DNA from: an uncultured bacterium
GTDB taxonomy: Bacteria; Fidelibacterota; Marinisomatia; SCGC-AAA003-L08; D37C17
Length of the DNA: 36,203 nt
Direction: 5' to 3'
NCBI GenBank assembly: GCA_964552145.1
Contig: CAZKFO010000003.1
Coordinates: forward strand, 1-36,203
Shown here: in pieces, positions 19,102-28,113 of the stretch
Position numbering within the stretch: the first letter of the stretch is position 1
How the letters are laid out: every line of letters starts with the position of its first letter
Translations under genes and position numbers: made by a program
The notes under the pieces: generated by a model
The model's input: only the letters and a program-made list of their open reading frames with translations
Database searches by the model: none
What the model was told of the DNA's origin: nothing

Positions 19102-20222
19102 TAATCATTTAATCTGATCGGCATTAACAAAATAAGCTTGTCTGTTTTGGTTTCTTTGTTTTTTTCAGATATTATTGCTGCGCTTAGAGCAGAATTTAAA
19201 AACATGTTTATTTTATTAGATTCTATTGCCGTCAACGCATCTAAAACAAAGTTTGCATTAAAGCCTATTTTAAGATCTTCATCACTATTAAAAAGACATT
19301 CTATTTTTTCTTTCCCTGAGGCTGAATTTTCAGCGTCCTCTGTTGTTAACTCTAATCTTCCTGATTTAATATTAAATGTTATTTGTTTTGTTGCTCTGTT
19401 TGAAAAAATAGATACTCTTTTAATTGCGCTTATAAGGTCTTTCTTGTCTATTGTTAATGTTTTGTTGTTGTCTAAAGGTATAACCTTTTCATAGTCTGGG
19501 TAGGTGTCTTTAATTATTTTTGAAAAAAGAGAAACCTTTTTATAAGATAAAGACATATAGTTTGAAGAAAGTTCTAATTCTATGTTCTCTGTCTTTTCTA
19601 TTAAGCTTGAAAGAATGGTTAAAAATTTCATGGGAGCTATAATTTCAATCTCTTGGTTTTGTAGTGTTTCTTGTTCTCCTATTATCCTAGACAGCCTGTG
19701 TCCATCTGTAGAAACTCCCAGTATTTGACCTTTGTTTATTTTTAATAAAACACCTTGGAGGGCAGGTTTTAACTCGTCTTTGCTTGTGCTTGTTTTTGTA
19801 AAATCTATTATTTCTAATAACTTTTCAGTGTTAATTGTTAAACCAATAGAGTCTTTCATCGTTGGGTCAGAAGGAAATTCTTTATAATCTTGCCCTGTAA
19901 TAGAAAATGTTCCCGTTGTTGTTTCTAGTACTAAAATATTTTTTGAAGAAAGATCTAGCTTAACTTCTTGGTCTCTAATATTTGCTATTATTTCTAACAA
20001 CCTATTGATAGGTATTGCTATGGGGTCTTGTGGTTTGTCTCCGACATAATCAACATTTACACTAATAGAGGTTTCAAGGTTTGTTGATTTTATAGTAATA
20101 TGATTTTCACTAAAATCAAAATAAGCACACCCCAAAATCGGAAGCGTTGACCTTGAGGGAACAACTTTTATGATTTGTTGCAACCCCTCTAAGAATTCGT
20201 TTGATTTTACAGTGATTTTCAT
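19101..20222 (-). CDS. dnaN: DNA polymerase III beta sliding clamp
   Basis: 373 aa. The N-terminus MKITVKSNEFLEGLQQIIKVVPSRSTLPILGCAYF matches the beta-clamp consensus (r.t.PiL). The length suits three domains. Synteny is dnaN-recF-gyrB. Confidence 0.9.
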   Translation of the reverse strand: MKITVKSNEFLEGLQQIIKVVPSRSTLPILGCAYFDFSENHITIKSTNLETSISVNVDYVGDKPQDPIAIPINRLLEIIANIRDQEVKLDLSSKNILVLETTTGTFSITGQDYKEFPSDPTMKDSIGLTINTEKLLEIIDFTKTSTSKDELKPALQGVLLKINKGQILGVSTDGHRLSRIIGEQETLQNQEIEIIAPMKFLTILSSLIEKTENIELELSSNYMSLSYKKVSLFSKIIKDTYPDYEKVIPLDNNKTLTIDKKDLISAIKRVSIFSNRATKQITFNIKSGRLELTTEDAENSASGKEKIECLFNSDEDLKIGFNANFVLDALTAIESNKINMFLNSALSAAIISEKNKETKTDKLILLMPIRLND

Positions 20223-20234
20223 ATCTTTATTTTA

Positions 20235-20253
20235 ATATATATATATATATATA
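20235..20253. repeat. (AT)n dinucleotide tract 13 nt upstream of the dnaN start
   Basis: atatatatatatatatata was read directly at 20235-20253. Confidence 0.95.
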
Positions 20254-20380
20254 CATAGTAATTACTTATTATTATTATATAGTGTTAACATCTTGATAAC
20301 AACAAAAGAAGAAGACAATAAGCACTCTTTTAAACCAACAAACAATAAGAACTTAAAGTTTTAATTGATGTTGATATCTT

Positions 20381-20389
20381 TGTTGATAA
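20381..20389. promoter_or_regulatory. DnaA-box-like 9-mer TGTTGATAA (one mismatch to TGTGGATAA)
   Basis: Read directly in the dnaN-upstream intergenic region. Weaker relatives are tcttgataa at 20291-20299 and tgttgatat at 20369-20377. The same variant occurs upstream of dnaA. Confidence 0.3.
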
Positions 20390-20393
20390 TTAA

Positions 20394-21683
20394 TTATTGT
20401 TCGAAAATATTTATATAAACATTTTTTTTTGATCTTATCAACCAATCATCTAAAGCCTTCTTGGCTTTTTGTTCTTTTGCCAAACTAGAAATATAATCAA
20501 AGGAGTTTTCAATAGAGGGTTTTGACGGAGGTTTTTTGTCATATAAAGATAGCAGCAATATTGAGCCATTAGAAAGAAGATAGGGATAAAAAAGAAAAGG
20601 AGCCTCTCTTTCTCTTATTTTTGCAGAAATTTCATCTGGAAGGTTTTCAATAGGAATATTAGAATAATTTCCAGAAAAGCTACTAGGCGAAGAGTTCAAC
20701 CCCTCAACATAAGACTCAAGAAAATATAAGTCTTTACTCGATTTTTCATAAAGAGAATTAATTTTTTCTATAGTTTCTTTTTTGTCAGACTCCGTGGGAA
20801 CAACAGCTTTTAATAAATGTTGAGTGTTTACCTTCTCGCCCTTTTTATCAATGATTTTAATAATATGAAAACCAGCATCAGTTTTTACTGGACCAACAAC
20901 AGCCCCAACCTTACTAGAAAAAGCCAATTCTTCATATTCTGGAAAAAGGGTTCCTCTAGCCGTGTATCCAACAATACCAAAAGATTCCAAAGAAGAAAAA
21001 TCATCAGAGTGGTTTATGATGAGAGAATCAAAAACTTCGCGACCACCATCTATGTTTTCTTTAAAAAAAAGACAAAGAGAAAAGATAGAATCTATAGTTG
21101 TTTCGCTGGGAACGAAAGACAAATTTAAAGAAGAAAAAGAGGCTGTTGCAGGAATGTCTGGCAGAGAATCTTTGTTTGTAGAATAAAAATCCTCCACTTC
21201 TTTTTTTCCAATAGAAACACCAGAAAGCAAAGAATATTTAAACCTATCAATTAACATAGAGTGATAAACTTCTTCCCAATAATATTCTTTTATTTTTAAA
21301 AGAGGCATATTAAAAATCTTTTCAAGCTCTTTCTGAGAGCCAACCCTCTCAATAAAAAAAGATATTTGTTGTTCTACTTGCTGTTTTACCTCAGAATCAG
21401 AAACAAAAACAGTTGAATCTTTAATTGCAAAATCCAACAAAACATATTGGTCTATCATATTAGATAAAATTTGATCCGCCAACAGCTCATATTTTTTAGG
21501 AGTAAGAGAGGGGTTTATTCTTTTTTGTTCTGCCGCAAGCGAGAGTTGTTGAAAAAAATCACCTTGGGTTATTATTTCGTCCCCCACAACAGCCATAACC
21601 CCGCCGAGAGGTTGGCCCCCAAACAAAACAACAACAAAAAGAAGACTAATTAAAAAACTGTTTATATTCTTCACCAAAAACAA
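20394..21683 (-). CDS. SurA/PrsA-like periplasmic chaperone with a parvulin-type PPIase domain
   Basis: Signal peptide FLISLLFVVVLFGG. The parvulin motif is GIVGYTARGTLFPEYEELAFSSKVGAVVGPVKTDAGFHIIKI. The start is uncertain: only TTG/GTG candidates exist, at 21683, 21677 and 21674. Confidence 0.7.
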   Translation of the reverse strand: MFLVKNINSFLISLLFVVVLFGGQPLGGVMAVVGDEIITQGDFFQQLSLAAEQKRINPSLTPKKYELLADQILSNMIDQYVLLDFAIKDSTVFVSDSEVKQQVEQQISFFIERVGSQKELEKIFNMPLLKIKEYYWEEVYHSMLIDRFKYSLLSGVSIGKKEVEDFYSTNKDSLPDIPATASFSSLNLSFVPSETTIDSIFSLCLFFKENIDGGREVFDSLIINHSDDFSSLESFGIVGYTARGTLFPEYEELAFSSKVGAVVGPVKTDAGFHIIKIIDKKGEKVNTQHLLKAVVPTESDKKETIEKINSLYEKSSKDLYFLESYVEGLNSSPSSFSGNYSNIPIENLPDEISAKIREREAPFLFYPYLLSNGSILLLSLYDKKPPSKPSIENSFDYISSLAKEQKAKKALDDWLIRSKKNVYINIFEQ

Positions 21684-23328
21684 CCCCTTTATTATTAATA
21701 TATTTATTAAAAGTATCTTTCTTTATTTTTTCTTGTCCCTCTTTTAACAAAAGAGACTCAATCCTTGTGTAAACCTGTTTAATATTTAAATGTTTTTTTT
21801 CTATTCTATCCTCAAGACGAATAAGAGAATAGGTTTTATCAAGGTTTTTTATTGGGCCAGCAACCTCTCCAATTTTTAATTTAAAAGCAACCTCTCCCAG
21901 TTCATTATATTTTCCAGAGGCAAAAGGCTCCATTAACCCAAAAACACTTTTTCTGTTAATAGAAAAAGTACCCGCCAAAGCCTCAAAAGAGGCGACATCC
22001 TTTTCAATCAAAGAAGATAAGCTGTCGGCCAAAGAAGGGCTCTCAACCCTAATTTGTCTAACAACAACCTTTTCCGGATCTAGATATTTTTGATCCCTAT
22101 TCATTAAAAAATATTGTTTTACCTCAGAAGAGTCCACAGAAACGCTATTAACCAAAAACCTTAAAAAAGAATCATACAAAAGCTTTTCTTCTTCTATTTC
22201 AAGGCGCTTGGAAAAAAAGAGTTCTTTGTCTATTTCTAAAGCAATAGCCTTTCGCAAAGCCAACTCTCTCAAAATAAAGGGCTGAAAAAAATCAACAAAA
22301 TCTTCATAGTTTCTAAAATCAGGAAACTTTGAAGGGGAAACCCCTTTTGTTTGTCGAACAAGCCACGCCAAGCCATAGTCTTCATTTAAAAAAGAACAGA
22401 TTAAAAGACGAGTGTCAATGGTTTTTACAAAAGAATTAAAATCAAAAGCTTTTTTCCCAAGGTCTTTTTTTTCTTTTTGAAAATCACCATAAAGAGACAA
22501 GAAAAGATCAACGTTTTTTTTATAAAAAACAATGTTAGAAGCAAAAGACTCGTTGTCATCATATTTTTTAGCTTCAAAACGCAGGGTTTTATTTATACTT
22601 GGCAGAGATGAAGCAAGAACAGCCTGCTTATAACTAGAAGAATCATAAAAAGAAAAACCAGAGGGGCGCCTTTCTTCTACAAGAACCAGATGATATCCAT
22701 AATCAGTTAAAACAGGGCTAGAAAGTTCACCCAAAGATAAAGCCCAAACAGGCTCCTGAAAAGACATTGGAGCCTGCCCCCACTGCAACCAACCCAAAAC
22801 ACCACTGTTTTTTTGAGAACTTGGATCATCAGAAACTCTTTTTGCCAAATCAGAAAAAGCAACCAACTCCCCAGCCAAAGAGTCCGCGAAGCTAGAGGCT
22901 AAAAGATAAGCCTCTTCTTTAGAACGAGCAGGAGGGGAAGATAAAGAGCTAGAACGAAAAGAAACCAAAAGGTGTTTAGCAAAAACCTCCTCCTTTAAAT
23001 TAGAAAGACCTAAGGCCAAAACCTCTTTTCCAATAAGGGGCCTTGCAACAAGCTCTTCATATGCAAAGTTAACCAAAAGCTGTTTCTTAATAGTGTTGAG
23101 TTTTTCTAAAATAAAAGGATCTTTATCAAACCCCATTTCTTTAGCCTCACCCGAACAAGAAAGCCTCTTAACATAGTCTTTTAAAATAGACTCTTTTTGT
23201 TGATCAGAAGCTCTTTCCCATTCAGCCTTAGTATATTTGTTATAAAAATCTTGTTGATCAAAAACAACACCATTAATGTTTACAACAAAAGAAAAACACA
23301 GGTTTAATAAACACAAAAAAAACATCAC
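21646..23328 (-). CDS. PpiD/SurA-like periplasmic chaperone with a parvulin-type PPIase domain
   Basis: N-terminal hydrophobic anchor MMFFLCLLNLCF. The parvulin motif is SGVLGWLQWGQAPMSFQEPVWALSLGELSSPVLTDYGYHLVLV. A second, degenerate copy lies near the C-terminus. Confidence 0.65.
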   Translation of the reverse strand: MMFFLCLLNLCFSFVVNINGVVFDQQDFYNKYTKAEWERASDQQKESILKDYVKRLSCSGEAKEMGFDKDPFILEKLNTIKKQLLVNFAYEELVARPLIGKEVLALGLSNLKEEVFAKHLLVSFRSSSLSSPPARSKEEAYLLASSFADSLAGELVAFSDLAKRVSDDPSSQKNSGVLGWLQWGQAPMSFQEPVWALSLGELSSPVLTDYGYHLVLVEERRPSGFSFYDSSSYKQAVLASSLPSINKTLRFEAKKYDDNESFASNIVFYKKNVDLFLSLYGDFQKEKKDLGKKAFDFNSFVKTIDTRLLICSFLNEDYGLAWLVRQTKGVSPSKFPDFRNYEDFVDFFQPFILRELALRKAIALEIDKELFFSKRLEIEEEKLLYDSFLRFLVNSVSVDSSEVKQYFLMNRDQKYLDPEKVVVRQIRVESPSLADSLSSLIEKDVASFEALAGTFSINRKSVFGLMEPFASGKYNELGEVAFKLKIGEVAGPIKNLDKTYSLIRLEDRIEKKHLNIKQVYTRIESLLLKEGQEKIKKDTFNKYINNKGVVFGEEYKQFFN

Positions 23329-25670
23329 TTTTTCTCCTTTAAAAAAAGACCAATAAATTTATTTAATAAATCTATCAAAACCACACAAATATCACAATCT
23401 AAAGAAACAAAAGAAACAACAAGTCTGTTTCCAGACTTTTGATTAACAGAAAAAGAAATACCCCGCTCTTCAGAAAAAGAACTTAAAAAAAACAAAAAAG
23501 AAACAGAATCAACAACATGTTTTCCTGGCAAAAACAAAAGAGAAAAACCTGATTTAGTTTTAAAAATAGAAGAAACCAAAGCCTTTTGAGCCAAAACCTT
23601 TAGTTGTTGGGTTTGTAAAAGATGTAAAACTTCAACAGGTAGGGGCCCAAAGCGGTCCACCAGCTCTTTTTCAAAAAGATCAATCATTTTTTTTGTTTTA
23701 CAGCTAGATAAAGTTTTATACAAAGAAAGCCTTAAAACATCCTCTTTTATATATTTGGACGGATAACAAGGCGGGGGAGAAAAAACATCAACTTGTGGAT
23801 CAAAAAAAGAAGAAAAGCCTTCTTTTAAAAAACAACCAGCCAAAAGTTTATTATAAAGCTCAAAACCAACAGAGGAACCACCACTTTGTGCATAGCCAAA
23901 AACAGAACCAGCGCCACGAATATCTAAATCTTTTGACGCAATATTATAACCAGAGCCCAAAGAAACATTTTCTTCAATGGCTTTTAATCTTTTTTTAGAA
24001 CGAGAATTTAGTTTTAAAGAACGAGGAATTAAAAGATATGCAAAAGCCTGCCGATCATGCCTTCCAACTCGCCCCCTAATTTGATGTAGTTGAGACAACC
24101 CAAAAAGATGCGCATTATTAATAATAACAGTATTAACGTTTGGAATGTCTAGCCCACTTTCAATAATAGAGGTTGAGATTAATACACTATATTCACCACC
24201 AATAAAAAGGGCCATAGTCTCTTCAATTTCAGAGGGTTTCATTTTTCCATGAACAATAGCAACTTTTATTGTAGGAAGTTTTTCTAAAAGCAGACGTCGA
24301 ACCCGACCCAAAGAAGCAATGTTGTTGTGCAAAAAATAAACTTGTCCCCCTCGTTGAATTTCAACAAGAACTCCCCGAACAATTTTTTCTAAATCAAAAA
24401 AAACAACAGAGGTTTGAATCGGGCGTCTATTTACTGGTGGGGTTGTAATACTGGAAATAGTTTTAATTCCAGAAAAAGCCTGTTGAAGAGATCTTGGAAT
24501 TGGGGTTGCAGACATAGACAAAACATCAATTTTGGAAAAACGATTTAAAAAAACCTCTTTTTGCTTAACACCAAAACGGTGTTCTTCATCAATTATAAGG
24601 AGGTCTAAAGACGAAATTTTTTCAAGAAAAGAAAAAACTCTTTGAGTGCAAATCAAAACATCAACAGAGCCCAAATTAAAAGAGTCAACAAAAGAAGACA
24701 CCTCTTTTTCACTTACAAGCCTAGAAACCATAGCGGTTTGAACAGAAAAAGAATTTAACCTATTAGAAAAAGATTTAAAAAGCTGGTGACACAAAATAGT
24801 TGTAGGGGCCAACACAACAACCCTTCCACCCATTAAAACAGATAAAAAAGCAGCTCTAATAGCAATCTCTGTTTTTCCAAACCCAACATCCCCACATAAA
24901 AGTCGGTCCATAGGTTCGGGTGACTTTAAATCCAACAAAACATCAGAAAAAGCCAAAGCCTGATCTTTTGTGTCTTTGTATTTAAAAGAAGATAAAAAGC
25001 TTGCTAAAAGATCATCGTCAAGGCTAGGCCTATCCTTAACAAGAGAAACCCTTTCAGCATGTTTTAGCAACAAATCCTCTACAAAATGATTTATTTGGCC
25101 AGAAACCTTATTAACTCGCCTCTTCCAAATGCCTTTTTTAGAAATACTATTAAGGGGAATTTCAACACTTGCGCTTTCATAGTAGCTTAAAACAGACAAA
25201 TTATTAAGCCCAACAGAAACCAAACCATCAGCATATTTTAAAGAAACAAACCGGTCATTATCATTTTCATCACAAACAAGACCAACAAAAGCACCAACAC
25301 CAAAATCTTCATGAATAAAATAATCACCAACCTCAATATTAGAAAAATCACTTAAAGCAACAGATTTTACACCCTTGTTTTGCACTTCTAATTTACGGCC
25401 CTCTAAAAACCAAGGGGGAACATAGTGACGCCCATCCAAAGAAACACCACCACCATCAAGGAGGGGGTCAACAACAAAATCACAATCCGGATTTTTATTG
25501 TAAAACCCATAATTACAAGAGTTTACATATATCTTTTTTGTAGGATGTTGCGCCCCAAGAGAATCAAGTTCAACAAAAATCTGAGGCATGTCACACAGAA
25601 GAGAAGAAACAGGCGTTGTAAAAAAACCAGAAGAAGAAACCTTAAAGCGAAAAGAATCAACCTCTCGCAA
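23325..25670 (-). CDS. mfd: Transcription-repair coupling factor Mfd, main (C-terminal) ORF; in-frame homology continues upstream to about 25835
   Basis: RNAP-interaction domain GDYFIHEDFGVGAFVGL, Walker A GDVGFGKTEIAIRAA, DEEHRFGV, SATPIPRSL and GRVGRHDRQAF. The in-frame sequence upstream of the TTG at 25670 reads LLSGLERVPVVLSPGTYAERGSVCDLFPFDSKHPVRIDF, which is the Mfd/UvrB-homology module. Confidence 0.9.
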   Translation of the reverse strand: MREVDSFRFKVSSSGFFTTPVSSLLCDMPQIFVELDSLGAQHPTKKIYVNSCNYGFYNKNPDCDFVVDPLLDGGGVSLDGRHYVPPWFLEGRKLEVQNKGVKSVALSDFSNIEVGDYFIHEDFGVGAFVGLVCDENDNDRFVSLKYADGLVSVGLNNLSVLSYYESASVEIPLNSISKKGIWKRRVNKVSGQINHFVEDLLLKHAERVSLVKDRPSLDDDLLASFLSSFKYKDTKDQALAFSDVLLDLKSPEPMDRLLCGDVGFGKTEIAIRAAFLSVLMGGRVVVLAPTTILCHQLFKSFSNRLNSFSVQTAMVSRLVSEKEVSSFVDSFNLGSVDVLICTQRVFSFLEKISSLDLLIIDEEHRFGVKQKEVFLNRFSKIDVLSMSATPIPRSLQQAFSGIKTISSITTPPVNRRPIQTSVVFFDLEKIVRGVLVEIQRGGQVYFLHNNIASLGRVRRLLLEKLPTIKVAIVHGKMKPSEIEETMALFIGGEYSVLISTSIIESGLDIPNVNTVIINNAHLFGLSQLHQIRGRVGRHDRQAFAYLLIPRSLKLNSRSKKRLKAIEENVSLGSGYNIASKDLDIRGAGSVFGYAQSGGSSVGFELYNKLLAGCFLKEGFSSFFDPQVDVFSPPPCYPSKYIKEDVLRLSLYKTLSSCKTKKMIDLFEKELVDRFGPLPVEVLHLLQTQQLKVLAQKALVSSIFKTKSGFSLLFLPGKHVVDSVSFLFFLSSFSEERGISFSVNQKSGNRLVVSFVSLDCDICVVLIDLLNKFIGLFLKEKK

Positions 25671-25837
25671 GGAAAGCTGAGAGTTAACATCAAAAACATA
25701 AATTTTTATATCATCTTCAAAAGAAAAATCAATACGAACAGGGTGTTTAGAGTCAAAAGGAAAAAGATCACAAACAGAGCCACGCTCAGCATATGTTCCA
25801 GGAGAAAGAACAACAGGAACACGCTCTAAACCAGAAA

Positions 25838-25978
25838 GAAGAACACTATTATAAAGGGGGTTTAGCAGAGTTTGTTTCTTATTTAAACAAAAACCACAAC
25901 CCTATCTTTCCAACACCAGTTCATATAAAAGGAGAAAAAGAACAAGTTCCTGTTGAGCTAGCCCTTTCTTATAACGAA
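25838..25978 (+). pseudogene. gyrB-like gene fragment (47 codons), inverted relative to resident gyrB and embedded in mfd
   Basis: The plus-strand translation is [47 protein letters not shown]. The resident GyrB reads [47 protein letters not shown]. By hand alignment 29 of 47 residues are identical. A 23-nt exact match links 25919-25941 to the reverse complement of 17050-17072. Confidence 0.8.
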
Positions 25979-26305
25979 AGATTCATTCACAAGAACAAAA
26001 GCAGAAGACAAGTCGTCCCTATAAAGAGAAAAGGCGTTACTGGAGACCTGAACAGGAGACAAAAACCCATAAGGAGCCTCTTCTTCCATGTTTGAAACAA
26101 CAGAAAAACGAGACAAAGAAGAACGATATAAAACATCAAAAACAACATTAAAATTAGAATCTTTTACTATTAAACAATATCCACAATAAGCTTGAATTAG
26201 GGTGGGCAAAACAGAGATATCATTAAAAAAGGTAACACAATTAGAAGATAAAATAGAGCGATAGTCGTCTAAAAACGCATTTTTTGTTTCACGTGAAACA
26301 TTCAT
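25958..26305 (-). CDS. mfd: Mfd N-terminal fragment (separate frame from the main mfd ORF)
   Basis: MEEEAPYGFLSPVQVSSNAFSLYRDDL...AFVLVNESF matches the Mfd N-terminal pattern (fp..E..PYd..SP......R...L......ivv). Its ATG overlaps the mnmG stop (ATGA). The ORF terminates inside the gyrB-like insert. Confidence 0.7.
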   Translation of the reverse strand: MNVSRETKNAFLDDYRSILSSNCVTFFNDISVLPTLIQAYCGYCLIVKDSNFNVVFDVLYRSSLSRFSVVSNMEEEAPYGFLSPVQVSSNAFSLYRDDLSSAFVLVNESFVIRKG

Positions 26306-28113
26306 TTTTGCCGGCTATGTATATAGAAAGACAAAACGGTGATGTCGGATTGTCTTACACCATCTATAATTGTTGCCTGTCCAAGGTTTTCTGGTTGTAT
26401 TTTTGAAAGTTTTTCAATAGACTCAGAGCTAAGGTTTGGAATTTTAGCATAATTAAAGTTTTTTGGTATGGGTGTTTTTTCCATTTTTTTAACCTTTTTT
26501 ATTCTTTTAGATTGTATTTTAATATATCCCTCATATAAAGACTCTGTCTCTAAAGCAAAAAATATTTTGGAGGGCAATTTGTTCAAAACACCTTGTATTG
26601 TTTTTGAGGAAACCTGCTTAGTCTTAATTTGGTTCCACAGGCTGTTTGTTTTGTTGTTTATAGTAAAAAGTGTTTCTTTGAGTTTTTTTTCTCCATCCCT
26701 ATATTTTTTATAATAAGAATCAAAAACCCTCTCGTGTTTTTTTGATATAAGATTAAACGTTTTTGCTTTTGGCGTCAACCTTAGGTCGGCGTTGTCTTGT
26801 CTTAATAGCAGGCGATGTTCTGCTCTCGATGTAAACATCCTATATGGTTCATTTATATTTTTTGTTATGAGATCATTGATTAGTACACCTATATAGCTTT
26901 CAGCCCGACTTAAAACAAATGGTTTTTCATTAATATTTGATAAATAGGAGTTTATGCCAGCAATTAAGCCCTGGGCCGCAGCCTCTTCATAGCCGGACGT
27001 TCCGTTGTTTTGACCCGCAAAATATAACCCTGGAATTTGTTTTGACTCTAGGGTGGCTTTTAGTTGGTTAGAGGGAAAATAATCATATTCTATAGCATAG
27101 CCTGGCCTTATAAGGCTTACACCCTCCAAGCCCTTAATTGTTTTAAGCGCCTCAATTTGTACCTCTTCTGGCATGCTAGTTGAAAAGCCATTTAGATATA
27201 TTTGATTAGAATTGTTCCATTCAGGCTCTAAAAACAATTGATGAGAGTCTTTATTTGAAAAACGAACAATTTTATCTTCAACGCTAGGACAATATCTGGG
27301 GCCAACACCATTAATTTTTCCAGAATACATTGGAGACAGGGCTAGGTTTTTTAAAAGAACTTCATGAGTTTTTTTGTTTGTATAAGCCACATAACAAGGG
27401 GTGTTTTTTGGTTTTTTATCGCCAGGGGTTTGAATTGAAAAATAATTAATATTTTTGTCTCCAGGGGAAAGATCTAAGGCCGCCCAATCAATAGAATTCG
27501 ACAAAAGGCGTGGAGGCGTTCCTGTTTTTAATCTCAAAGAAGAAATACCACAAGACTTAAGTTTTTTAGTTATATTTTTAGAGGGGGGCTCCCCAAACCT
27601 TCCTGCGCTATAATTTTTATTCCCCACATGTATTTTTCCATTTAAAAATGTCCCCCCAGTAAGTATTAAGTGCTCTACATTAATTTTTTGACCACCCCTT
27701 AAAACACAACCAGATATTTTATTGTTATCAACACAAATATCAACAACTTCATCAGAAACAACTGTAATGTTTTTATCACTCAAAACAAAGTTCCTTACAA
27801 AGCGAGAATATTGAATTTTATCTACTTGCGCCCGGGGAGACCAAACAGCCCTTCCTTTGGACTTGTTTAGTGTTTTAAATTGAATTGCAGTTTTGTCTGC
27901 TGCCAAACCCATTATTCCCCCCAAAGCATCAATTTCACGCACTAAATGTCCTTTTGCTAGACCACCAATTGCAGGGTTACAAGACATTCTTGCTATAGAG
28001 TTTGAGTCCATTGTAATTAAATAACAGGAACCACCCATTCGAGATATTGCCAACGCAGCCTCGACGCCGGCGTGTCCACCCCCAACAATTGCTATATTTG
28101 GTGTGCTATTCAT
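26302..28113 (-). CDS. mnmG: tRNA uridine 5-carboxymethylaminomethyl modification enzyme MnmG (GidA)
   Basis: Motifs IAIVGGGHAGVEAALA, MSCNPAIGGLAKGHLVREIDALGG, GPRYCPSVEDKIVRF and AGQNNGTSGYEEAAAQG. I chose the first ATG at 28113, which forms an ATGA overlap with the mnmE stop; the ORF-track TTG is at 28125. Confidence 0.95.
   Translation of the reverse strand: MNSTPNIAIVGGGHAGVEAALAISRMGGSCYLITMDSNSIARMSCNPAIGGLAKGHLVREIDALGGIMGLAADKTAIQFKTLNKSKGRAVWSPRAQVDKIQYSRFVRNFVLSDKNITVVSDEVVDICVDNNKISGCVLRGGQKINVEHLILTGGTFLNGKIHVGNKNYSAGRFGEPPSKNITKKLKSCGISSLRLKTGTPPRLLSNSIDWAALDLSPGDKNINYFSIQTPGDKKPKNTPCYVAYTNKKTHEVLLKNLALSPMYSGKINGVGPRYCPSVEDKIVRFSNKDSHQLFLEPEWNNSNQIYLNGFSTSMPEEVQIEALKTIKGLEGVSLIRPGYAIEYDYFPSNQLKATLESKQIPGLYFAGQNNGTSGYEEAAAQGLIAGINSYLSNINEKPFVLSRAESYIGVLINDLITKNINEPYRMFTSRAEHRLLLRQDNADLRLTPKAKTFNLISKKHERVFDSYYKKYRDGEKKLKETLFTINNKTNSLWNQIKTKQVSSKTIQGVLNKLPSKIFFALETESLYEGYIKIQSKRIKKVKKMEKTPIPKNFNYAKIPNLSSESIEKLSKIQPENLGQATIIDGVRQSDITVLSFYIHSRQK

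Noticed and set aside
25425-26095. Plus-strand ORFs 25425..25829 and 25793..26095 as real genes.
   Set aside because: Both are antisense to mfd and are basic and low-complexity. Only the 47-codon gyrB-like stretch shows homology. I treat it as a gene fragment, not a functional CDS.
26295-26310. The origin-like switch of top-strand composition at the mnmG/mfd junction as a replication origin.
   Set aside because: There is no intergenic DNA here, because the genes overlap by ATGA. There is no DnaA-box cluster or AT-rich unwinding element. The switch is better explained by the block having a different history.
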